Assembly (NCBI GenBank): GCA_965113315.1
Contig: OZ220366.1
Source: Podarcis vaucheri
Taxonomy: Eukaryota
Direction: 5' to 3' (one strand)
Length of the DNA stretch: 64,000 bases
How positions within the stretch are numbered: position 1 is the stretch's first letter; each line of letters begins with the position of its first letter. A model generated the notes under the pieces. It saw only the letters and a list, made by a program, of their open reading frames with translations. It did not search any database and was not told the origin of the DNA. The position numbers and the translations under genes were made by a program. Positions 1 through 9,934 of the stretch are shown here, one piece after another.

Positions 1-54
1 AGAAGTATGGAGGATTAAATGTGCTGATCAACAATGCAGGGATTGCTTTCAAAG
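1..54 (+). CDS. CBR1: Carbonyl reductase (SDR family, CBR1-like), 3' part of coding exon 1
   Basis: Frame from nt 3 reads KYGGLNVLINNAGIAFK (SDR NNAG motif). Donor AAAG|GTAAAA at 54/55, phase 1. Confidence 0.9.
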
Positions 55-494
55 GTAAAAACAGTGTTCAGTTTCTGGAAAGAAAGTATACGGGGATCAG
101 GTCTGCCTGGGAGCACCGCAGTCTAATAAAAAAATGACCCTGTTGGTCCCCGATGAGTGGGAAGTTGAACTCACTGCAGTTACTTGGTGGTCAGGAAACT
201 TTCATTCACCTTATTTCATATATTCTGGGGCTGAGCCTAGGGCTAAGAACAGATGCTGAGCTGAGCCCTCTAACCAAAGTTAAGTACTAGGTAAAGTACT
301 TTTAACAGTGTACAGTACTTTGGACCCAGTGCAGTACAGTAGTTAAAGATTTGCCAAATATTTGCTTGTGACTTTCATGGGTCCTGCTCCTTCCTGCAGC
401 TCAGGGCAGCTTTCCAACACAGAAAATGCATCAATAGGACTAAGCATGAGAGCTGCACGTAAATAATCCAGTGTACCAATCTTGCATATGAGTA

Positions 495-730
495 CAGTGG
501 TACTTCGGGTTACATACGCCTCGGGTTACAAACACTTCGGGTTACAAACTCTGCTAACCCAGAAGTAGGACCTCGGGTTGAGCTTTGCCCCAGAATGAGA
601 ACGGAACGTGCCAGTGGCACGGCAGCAGCGGGAGGCCCCATTAGCTAAAGTGGTACCTCAGGTTAAGAATGGTTTCGGGTTAAGAACAGACCTCCAGAAT
701 GAATTAAGTTCCTAACCCGAGGTACCACTG
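495..730 (+). mobile_element. Tc1/mariner-pogo (Tigger-like) MITE, family A
   Basis: TA|CAGTGGTACTTCGGGTTA ... TAACCCGAGGTACCACTG|TA terminal inverted repeats (TIRs) with TA TSD. Similar copies at 1228, 6892 and 9935. Confidence 0.85.
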
Positions 731-1227
731 TATTCACTGCATGTACACATGTGCAACTTTGTGTCTGTTGAGCTACACTTGAACCTATGTTTCTTAATAC
801 ATGATAAAATCTTTTGCATGCAGCAAAGCATAATCTGTGATGGAAAACTGCAAAACATATACAATTAATGTTTGATAAAAATGCAATTTGCTTCTTGCAT
901 TTCCTGTGGAAACTATAATCAGAATAGTTAGACAATCAAACAATCATTCAGAAAAAGGTACTTTTCAGTTTGATTACTGGTTAGTTGCAGAGACAGAAGC
1001 AGCTAAATTTTTGTTAGTGATCTTTCTCACTATACAATACATAACTGTTCCATGCAGGAAGTAATGAAAAACACAGGGTACCTGGTGGGTAGCTGGCAAC
1101 TGTCTATTATTATTACTAATTAGCAGTAGTAGTAGTAATTCCGAATGAGAGGTGATACTTTTAGCCTGCTCTTAGCTTTATTCTTGCACACAGAAACCAT
1201 GGGTACACAGACATAAAATCAATTGTA

Positions 1228-1447
1228 CAGTGGTATCTCGGGTTACATACGCTTCAGGTTACAGACTCCGCTAACCCAGAAATAGTACCTTGGGTTAAGA
1301 ACTTTGCTTCAGGATGAGAACAGAAATCGCGCGGCGGCAGCGCAGAAGTAGCGGGAGGCCCCATTAGTTAAAGTGGTGCTTCAGGTTAAGAACAGTTTCA
1401 GGATAAGAACGGACCTCCGGAACGAATTAAGTACAGAGGTACCACTG
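1228..1447 (+). mobile_element. Tc1/mariner-pogo MITE, family A
   Basis: TA|CAGTGGTATCTCGGG ... GAGGTACCACTG|TA. Internal sequence is shared with 495-730. Confidence 0.85.
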
Positions 1448-2503
1448 TACTTATTAAGGCGGCAAATATAATTTCATGTTCTACAACAGAAATGAAAATT
1501 ATTCCATCTAGATTTAATGTGGGTTTGTGTGTTATTGTTATTTTGTAATTTAAACATCTGGACACAATAAAATATATGTCATTCCCTCTCTTGGCATGTA
1601 CAAGCAGCCAGAACTGCGGCAAACAATGCTAACTCAAGTGAATGCAGATGGTGTGGGAGCTTTGTACATCTTCAACATGTTTAAAAGATTGTATGACATC
1701 CCAGACAGTTTTGACATGTGTGTTTGTGGCAGCCACCCTAGGTCTTGTGCCATCTGGGGAGAGGGTGTTCCCGGCTAGCATAGAGTGCACCCCTCTACTC
1801 AGCCGAGTCTCCCCCTTTAAACAATAGGTGTCACTAGATAAGGTGTAAATGATTTCCACAAGGCTGTCTTTTATCAGCCGGCCTCCAAATTTCCCTGGGG
1901 TCTCCTTGAAGCCTCATAAGGTAGTGTGGTATTCTATCTTCTAAGCTTGAGGGTGTTAAAAATAAGCCAAGACCACGCAGGGTTATGAAACAAGTTCTAA
2001 AGTTTACTAAACCTGGAAAAATGTGGAGATTTAAGAAAAAGATATGCAGTGCAAAAGTTACAGAAAAGCAGTATATTCCCTTTAAATCAAAATGGATTAA
2101 ACCACCATCTACTTTCCCTGGACGAAACAGTCCCTTAATCCAGGTTTACAAAGTTTTTCCTTATCAGGTTGAGTTCCACCTTGAACTGCCCATCTCCTCT
2201 TTTTATATTGTGATGAGTTGGGAGGAGGGGAGGCTGTATGCCTGAGCCCCTCTTCTAATCGCTGGATCCAGCACATTTTCAGTTACTGAAATGGCTCGCT
2301 AATGAGTCATTACGGGAAGGGAGTGGCTCTGTGCCAGAGGGCCAGGGTGGAGGGTGGAGTGATATGAGCTAGAAGCTGGGTGCAAAAGCTGCAGGCAGGA
2401 AAGTCAGAGAGAAAGCCAGGCCTGATTTCTGCTGGAATCCAAACCTGTGGCTATGGGAGAAGCAATGCTCTCTTACGGCATTAATGCTGTAAACCCCTCC
2501 ATT

Positions 2504-2828
2504 GCCTCTTGGGCTTGCCAATCAGAAGGTTCAAATCCACACAACGGGGTGAGCTCCCATTGCTCTGTCCCACCTTCTGCCAACCTAGAAGTTCTAAAGC
2601 ACACCAGTGCAAGTAGATAAATAGGTACCGCTGCGGCGGGAAGGTAAACGGTGTTTCTGTGTACTCTGGCACACCTCATGATGTCCCGTTGCCCCAGTAG
2701 CGGTATAGTCATGACCCGGAAAGCTGTCTGCGGACAAACACCAGCTCCCTTGGCCTGAAGCGAGATGAGCACCGCAACCCCATAGTTGCCTTTGACTGGA
2801 ATTAACCATCCAGGGGTCCTTTACCTTT

Positions 2829-2830
<2 letters not shown>
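2504..2830 (+). mobile_element. Sauria SINE, 5'-truncated
   Basis: Contains GTGCAAGTAGATAAATAGGTACCGC...GGGAAGGTAAACGG core and a CCTTTACCTTTAC tail. Homologous to 48377-48724. Confidence 0.85.

Positions 2831-2864
<34 letters not shown>
2831..2864. repeat. (GT)17 microsatellite at SINE tail
   Basis: Direct reading. Confidence 0.95.
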
Positions 2865-2867
<3 letters not shown>

Positions 2868-3397
2868 CACTGTATATCATAAAGACACCACAGCCTCTGC
2901 CATGCCTTATTCCAAAAGGAAACATGAACCCTGCATCAATGCCTGAACCCCTATAATCCTTCACTACTCAGAGATTGGGGTGGTGTGCAATAATATAGAT
3001 TCCTGTCAATCACATGAAGCACCTTAGCCAGAAATGAGGCAACTCTCACATACCAAGGACTTTTAATTAACTTGATATTTGAGCCTTGAGGTATTTGCTA
3101 GGTTTCCAAGTTAACCCTATAATCCCCCAAACAAGCAGACAGGCTATCAAACAAGTAAAATATACAACAGCTGGCTGGGGGTTGATGGGATAGTCTAAAA
3201 CATCCGGAGGGCACAAGGTTGTTAAAGGCTGTAGTAAGATTTTCAATAATGTTACAGCTGCACAATGTAATTTCAACTAACGTTAGCCATAAGTGGACTA
3301 TGTTGTTTGCCTTTTTAGTGTACGTGCTGGAAAGACTGTGTGCATTTGTACCTTAATGCATATTTTTGTATTTCCATTTTCTTTGCCCAATAAAAAG

Positions 3398-3505
3398 TGG
3401 AGGACCCCACACCGTTTCCTACACAAGCAGAAGTGTCCATGAAAACGAACTTCTTTGCAACCAGAAATATTTGCAACGAGTTATTACCACTTATTAAACC
3501 ACAAG
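3398..3505 (+). CDS. CBR1: Carbonyl reductase CBR1-like, coding exon 2 (108 nt)
   Basis: AG|TG...CAAG|GTGAG. Encodes (V)EDPTPFPTQAEVSMKTNFFATRNICNELLPLIKPQ(G), matching CBR1 exon 2. Phase 1-1 joins exons 1 and 3. Confidence 0.92.
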
Positions 3506-3801
3506 GTGAGCTTTGCATTTTCATCCTGCAGGAGTAAATATTGTATTTTTAAATAGTCACAACCCATCCGGGGACCTTATAGTAGGGCAGGTAGGAAATC
3601 AAAAATGAATAATTACTAATAACAACAGACAAACAGATAGACAGACAGACCAACTGAGCTTTTCAAGTCTGATCCTGTTCTTTACAGCCATCGTGTAAAG
3701 AGGATAGGATAGCACTCTTTATGTAGTACATGAAACAAGAGACAAATAGAAGTTGAACTAAGCCAGATAGGGCTTAGTGAGGTTTATCACACGGATTTAT
3801 T

Positions 3802-3847
3802 GAAGAAGAAGAAGAAGAAGAAGAAGAAGAAGAAGAAGAAGAAGAAG
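3802..3847. repeat. (GAA)15 microsatellite in CBR intron 2
   Basis: Direct reading. Confidence 0.95.
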
Positions 3848-4551
3848 GGGCAGGGGGAGCAAACTGGATTTGTTTTCTGCTCTGTGTGATACAATATTGT
3901 AAAATCAGCAGCCTGTCAGATTCAGATTTCTAGCTATTTCGAGAAGCTAGTGAAATTACTGGCATCATACTGCACTATTGATCAACTCTGAGTAACTGCT
4001 GCATTCTATCTTGAAATGTCCAAACATTGTATACAGTGCTTTTTTCTGCATACCTTTGAGTACCCCCAGAAAAAAGCACTGTGTGTATGTGTTAAATGCC
4101 ACTGTGATAGCCTTCAGAGCTATTAAACTCAAATTACACAGCATATATATTTTAGATTTTCCGTCAACCGTTTCTTATTTTAGAATATCTCCATGGCATC
4201 ATAGAAAGGTTTCTGTTCTCGTGTATGCAACTTGCTTATGATTTATTCTTCATTATTTACTTGTTGTATGACACTTATTATTTCTACTTGCTCTGCAGAG
4301 TATTGGGTTGTACACAATCATGGGCATAGCCAAGGGGTGGGGTGGGGGTTGCAGTACAAATAAATTTGGGGTAACAATACAAATAAATACAAATCTGAGG
4401 TTCTGGTGTGCCCATGTACCCAACGTGTTACTCAGAGGGGACCCATTATAAATAATTGGCTTGCCTAACTGAGGTCTGCCCAATATGTCTACTTTGAGTT
4501 GGATATGGTCCATTGGTTATTGTGGAATTACCATCTTTTTTTTTGTCACAG

Positions 4552-4988
4552 GAAGAGTAGTGAATGTCTCCAGTGTCATGAGTGTCCGGGCCTTGGCCAT
4601 GTGTAGCCCAGAACTACAGCAGAAGTTTCGGAGTGAGACAATCACTGAAGAGGAACTAGTGAAACTCATGGAAAAATTTGTAGAAGACACCAGGAAGGGA
4701 GTGCATGAGAAGGAGGGTTGGCCAAATACAGCTTATGGGGTGACCAAAATCGGGGTAACGGTTTTGTCCAGAATTCAAGCAAGGCGCCTGAATGAGACAA
4801 GGAAAGGTGATGGTATTCTCCTGAATGCCTGTTGCCCTGGGTGGGTCAGGACTGACATGGCAGGTCCTAAAGCCCCAAAATCTCCTGATGAGGGAGCTGA
4901 GACTCCAGTGTATTTGGCCCTTTTACCCCCGGGAGCCGATGGGCCCCATGGGCAGTTTGTTAGTGACAAAACGGTTCAACCTTGGTGA
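4552..4988 (+). CDS. CBR1: Carbonyl reductase CBR1-like, last coding exon
   Basis: Acceptor ttttgtcacag|GA. Encodes RVVNVSS (catalytic Ser), YGVTK (YxxxK), CCPGWVRTDMAG and ...PHGQFVSDKTVQPW*. Residues are CBR1-type rather than CBR3-type; exact paralog identity is uncertain. Confidence 0.92.
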
Positions 4989-5220
4989 ATTTTGGCATGT
5001 GCCCGATTTTATGGCGCTCCATTCTAGTTGAGATCAGACGGGCTCCTTGCTCCCTACTGAGCCTCCAGCGCCTACTGAAGACTAATTTTATTCCAGCAGG
5101 CATTTTAATTGTAGTTTTATTTTTTAGTTTTAGCTGATTTTTATTTTTTGTATTCTTTGTAAATCACTTAAAGGCTATTATAGTGAAGTGCTATATAAAT
5201 TGTTTTAATAACAACTAACA

Positions 5221-5226
5221 AATAAA
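5221..5226 (+). terminator. Candidate polyadenylation signal of the CBR gene
   Basis: First AATAAA about 230 nt after the stop codon. Others occur near 5611 and 5916. Confidence 0.4.
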
Positions 5227-6891
5227 ATAACTGGAGCTTATCTGAGATATTGCAGCTGGCTCTTAATGAGTAGAGCTCTTGAAAAGAGGATGGATGGAGA
5301 ATTTTTTTTAACCTTCCCTGTTGCTCTGTGGTCAGTTGTAATCACAATATAAATTTAAACACTGTACTACTCTGTACAACTTCACACGTAAGGAAACATG
5401 TGCATCTCTCTCACCCACATACACAAACACCTCCTGTCGCTACTCACGTGTGGTGTGGTGTGTTTTTTTACATCTCTAGTGCTGCCTTCACCCTTAAAAG
5501 AAAATAGAGATGCTGGGTGTTCAAATCAGGGCCCTGTAACCCTAGATTAATAGGTGCCATAGTTATTCAATGTGGAGGAAAATACAGACATAGCCAGCAT
5601 AGTTAAACAAAATAAAATAAAGATCCCTGTCATATGAGCCCTTGCATTGAAAACCAGCTGTTGGCTAAAATGATGCCCTATAATTAACGTCTTAATTCCT
5701 ACTATTTTGTTATATCCCTCCTGTAAAAAAAAAATAAGTGGAGCCAAAAGCTTGCTGTCCTTCTTTTACATCTCTATTACTTGTAAGAAAATGAGAATGC
5801 ATAACCACTTTGCAGGAGAAATTAAATGCAATTATATTGGTACGGCTAACCTATTCTATATATGTAACTCTGAATCAGGCAAATAGTATTTTACATGAAC
5901 TTTTGTGAGATTTGAATAAATTATGAACTGTTACAATTACCTGCTTATTTAGAGCTTCTTAACATCATCAAGTTTTTTGAATTAGGTTACTTTTTAAATA
6001 TTCTTTGTTTCAAAGCCAAGTTACCGTATGATCAGCAAACCAATCACAAACCAGCAATCCATGTCCCTAAAGATCAAATCACCCACTACCATGGTCAGAA
6101 AAGGAAACCAGAACTGCTGCGTTGGGAGAAACAGGCGAGCTTTCCAGAGAAGCCCCCACCAGAATACTTCCCATCTCACTGATCTGTTCCAGCAGCTGGA
6201 GCAGATTTGCAGGATCAAAGCTGTTGGTGCAAAGATTGTTGAGTGGGATGCAATTATCATGTCCTATGATGGTCTCATCTACAAACCTTTGTTTATCCAG
6301 GTCAACTACCTTGGTCCCAAGGGAACAAACTAACTCCCTGAGGTCCAGGACTGATTTGCACTCAATACCCCACCCCTGATTCTGTCCATCAGGAAGACGT
6401 ACAACATTCTGTGCTACACTGGATAGCTCCCACACCTCTGCTGGCATTCTACCAGCAGATATTGTTGCTGAGCGAGTTAATTTACTTGGGAACCTGGGGC
6501 TTGTAAGTTCACTAAGGGGAGGGACACAGTAGTCTGCCCTGTTGCTGAACTCGCTTGGCTGCCTTACTTACTTTGGCTCAAGGCTCCGCTCTGACGCTTG
6601 GGCATGCAGAAATGCATATTCAGCCTAGTCTCTCCTGTTCTGCTTTTGTAGCCCTGGCAAAATTCCTCCAGCTGCTGATGCAGGAGGTCCTCATTTGAAA
6701 ATTGCAGAGAGCTGCTGCTCAGCTACTAGTTTCAGCCAATCCTAGTGAGCAGGAATATGAAAGGTGTGTTAGGTTAATATACATACAGTATGTGTGTTAT
6801 TTCTGAGCAATGAATTATTCAAGGGATACAACAGTCACGCAAGGTTCAGCTCACTGGAGGCTGTGATATTTTTTTTGCAATATATGGTTTA

Positions 6892-7136
6892 CAGTGGTAC
6901 CTCAGGTTAAGTACTGAATTTGTTCCGGAGGTCCGTTCTTAACCTGAAACTGTTCTTAACCTGAAGCACCACTTTAGCTAATGGGGCCTCCTGCTGCTGC
7001 TGCTGCGCCACCAGAGCACGATTTCTGTTCTCATCCTGAAGCAAAGTTCTTAACCTGAGGTACTATTTCTGGGTTAGCGGAGTCTGTAACCTGAAGAGTA
7101 TGTAACCTGAAGCGTATGTAACCTGAGGTACCACTG
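6892..7136 (-). mobile_element. Tc1/mariner-pogo MITE, family A (reverse orientation)
   Basis: TA|CAGTGGTACCTCAGGTTA ... TAACCTGAGGTACCACTG|TA. Confidence 0.88.
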
Positions 7137-7436
7137 TATTTATAAAATGGTTTACAAAAAACCCAAAAGTAGCTCTAAAAATCTACAACCATAGTTAAAA
7201 CATACAAGTCCAGTGTAGTAGTAGTAGTAGTAGTAGTATTAATACTACAAAGGGAAATCCAAATTCTTCCCCGTCCCCCAAAGAACAATCTTCAATTTTG
7301 CCAGTAGTGAAACATCAGGTAACATTTACTTTTGCTCTCTTCTTGTGGAAATAGCTGCCCACATGCCCCAAACAGGAAAAGCCAATGGCGATAGCACGGA
7401 GTAGTGACTGAGCGGAGAAAACACAGCATGGAAATA

Positions 7437-7700
7437 CCGTTGTTGTTTTTTTTGCTCCATAAGACTCACTTTTTCCCTCCTAAAAAGTAAGGGGAAATGT
7501 GTGTGCGTCTTATGGAGCGAATGTAGGCTGCGCAGCTATCCCAGAAGCCAGAACAGCAAGAGGGATTGCTGCTTTCACTGCACAGCGATCCCTCTTGCTG
7601 TTCTGGCTTCTGAGATCAGAATATTTTTTTTCTTGTTTTCCTCCTCCAAAAACTAGGTGCGTCTTATGGTCTGGTGCGTCTTATAAAGCGAAAAATACGG
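7437..7700 (-). mobile_element. pogo/Tc2-like MITE, family B (short form)
   Basis: TA|CCGT...TTTGCTCCATAAGAC ... GTCTTATAAAGCGAAAAATACGG|TA. Both arms match the ends of 39755-40697 in reverse orientation. Confidence 0.8.
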
Positions 7701-8459
7701 TATTTCATCAGGGGCCACCCACTGATGGCTGGGGAAATAACGGAATACCTATGCAAAACTGATGACTAAAAAAAGGTGTGGACAGAAGCATGTCAGTCAT
7801 ACGCACATAAAAATTAGACTCGGCTGACCTAATAAAGCCCCCTCTGGAAACACTTTTACAACCAAAAGCCGAAGAGTGAAAAGGATCGCTAACCTTCATC
7901 TCCCAACCTTTCAACAGCATCCTTTCGATTTTTTTGCAGGATCCAGCCAATGGATCCAGGGGCACAGATTAAGCCCCTCTTTTAATTACGAGATTGGCAT
8001 TTCCCAAACTGCCCGCAGCAGCCCGACCTATGTACTCCGAGATTAGTGCCACACTCGAACCAAACCAACCCTGCAGTCTCCACTTCTGCCAGCAGGTGGA
8101 GCTAGAGACGTGCCCAAACGCGCGATGTTGGGATGCACCATCTCATCGGGGCGGGGTGGGGGTGGGCAGCTGCGCCTTTGAATCCGACTTAAACATCGCC
8201 AAGGCGAGCTGTCCACGCTGAAGCGGCTGGGAAGGCGATAACGGGGACGAGGCGAAGCCCCGCGCCACTTTATAGAAAAAGCGGGTGTCCCGTAAATCTT
8301 GCTGTCACCATTCTTTCCCCCCCCCCGCGCTTCGAAATGGTACTCCCCCATCCGGCAAGGGCAAGAGGAGGCGTAGTAGCCCGGCCGCCATGGCAACGGG
8401 AGATTCCGCCCCCGCCCTTCCTTGTAGTCTCTGGCTCCCGCCTCGGCCCCGCCCAGCCG

Positions 8460-8604
8460 CGGGACACGTCGCAGGAGAGGGAAGCGGCCGGGGAGCCTCA
8501 GCGAAGCTGCGGCGGCGACGCGCGCCCTTCCTCCGCGGTGGGAGCAGCAGCAGCAGCAGCAGCAGCCAGCGCGACGCCTCTGCCGCCTGCTCCTTCCTCA
8601 GTTG
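8460..8604 (+). other. DOP1B: Probable non-coding exon 1 (5'UTR) of DOP1B; start approximate
   Basis: Strong donor TTG|GTGAGT at 8604/8605 inside the CpG island. The first coding exon has an acceptor 25 nt before its ATG, so an upstream exon is required. Confidence 0.6.
8543..8566 (+). repeat. (AGC/CAG)8 trinucleotide repeat in putative DOP1B 5'UTR
   Basis: Direct reading. Confidence 0.9.
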
Positions 8605-9934
8605 GTGAGTAGGGAAGATGGGGGACAAACTGCTGCTGCAATTGAGGAAGTCCAGCCTGCCAACGCTTCCTCTTTCCCCTCCCTTTTCTGCATAGGGAGG
8701 ACGGCTGGGGGGGGGAACCTTCTTCCCTCCACGAAGGGACCAGTTTGCCCCCCGACCAATGAAGCGCAGGTGGGGAGAGGGGGAAACAAAGCAAACACCC
8801 CATTTTCTCCCTTAAGCATCCCTTCAGGATCTCTCTCTATTTCTGAAATGGTGCTTATTCCTAATTTCACCTGGGGAGGGGAAAAGGTGGAAGCCAGCGC
8901 TCTCCCTCGCTTCTCCACATAGGCAGGCGTAGAAATGTTAGAGGGCATAAACACGTGTTTGTTTGTTTGTTTACGTGTTCAGCAGTGCCTGCGATTCTAC
9001 AGGTTGTCTGTATCCTGCTGCCGGCCCCCCCTCTCGGGTGCTTTCGCAGCTGCCTGTTATGTTGCTGCTGCTGGAGAACAGCTGTTGGGTTGTGTTTGCT
9101 ATGTAGGAGCAGCAGCCTGTCAAAGGCGAGGAGAGGGAAAGAAGGGCGGGGGGGGGGAGGAAAAGCTGTTTTACTGCATAATCGATGCTGTATCTTTCCC
9201 CACCTCGCCTTATTTGCACACCATTGTGTGTCTGGATGATCTGGCAGAGCTGAAATGAAGGGGGGGTGATTTAAGAGAAGCACTGATTTTAGCACCAGTA
9301 AACAGGCTCCGTAGAACAGGTTTGGCTTCCGCAGTACAATGCATCACTGCCAAACGCTGCAGTTTTTCCCTGTCTGTAAGCAAAATGGAGAGAAGTAGAG
9401 GGCATTGTAACAATATTTACATGAATGGTCTATTATCCCCGTTTTATGAGTCTTGTGTGTGCTTTGACCAGAAGTTGCATTTTAAAAACAAATGTCTGGT
9501 TGCTGTTTTTCTTTTAGTGCATTTTGTTTTATTCTGTACTTGACCTTTTTTTCCAGAATAAGTTCCTAATTGTCCTGTGTTCTTTGTTCATTTTCAAGGC
9601 CGTCATACTTGGATAACAAACCCTCATTATCCATGGTTCCCAAACCTTTAGTGGCCTTTTAAAAATAAGAATTTTAGCAGTGCAGCTTTACATGGTGTAG
9701 TGCACCATTTGATTCAAGATGTTGTAATTGATGTAGGTTTTCCCTTCTCACTTACTGATTGAGGCATAGGGACCATATCCAAGATGTAAACTGGCAATGG
9801 GTGAGTTGCCAGGCTACCAGTGATTGGTGACACACTTAATTAGGGTTTTGAAAACCACACTTCAAGTTTAGAGTATACAAAGGGCCATCAAGGTTCTGAA
9901 TGATAGCCATCAAATTTTAGTGACAGAACATATA

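Larger units (their letters stand above)
2209..2992. mobile_element. Possible old solo-LTR-like element interrupted by a Sauria SINE and (GT)n
   Basis: Starts TG, ends GCAATA (decayed CA), flanked by ATAT at 2205-2208 and 2993-2996. Boundaries are inferred. Confidence 0.35.
5547..7920 (-). other. Candidate divergent antisense spliced gene (lncRNA or microprotein); exons 7920-7894, 7407-7330, 6741-6572 (stop at 6691), 5720-5547
   Basis: Minus-strand donors AAG|GTTAGC, AAA|GTAAAT and AAA|GTAAGT. Acceptors ttttctccgctcag|, cctaac..ctttcatattcctgctcactag| and ttattttttttttacag|. Phase-0 joins give an open ORF. No homology recognised. Confidence 0.35.
8000..8720. promoter_or_regulatory. CpG-island promoter of DOP1B (possibly bidirectional)
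   Basis: Sharp rise in GC and CpG against an AT-rich background. GC boxes (CCCCGCCC near 8410 and 8447), RFX X-box-like GCCGCCATGGCAAC at 8384-8397, and minus-strand TATAAAG at 8274-8268. Confidence 0.8.

Noticed and set aside
4485-4551. Listed start of the 167-aa ORF (MSTLSWIW...)
   Set aside because: Intronic read-through upstream of the real acceptor at 4551/4552. The CBR frame comes from exon 2.
6028-6333. Plus-strand 101-aa ORF as an endogenous viral element or alternative CBR terminal exon
   Set aside because: No recognisable motif, and stops follow in the same frame. Kept only as part of an unexplained block.
7994-9295. Many overlapping 65-142 aa ORFs on both strands
   Set aside because: Expected from stop-codon scarcity in a GC-rich CpG island. 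The products are low-complexity with no recognisable domain.
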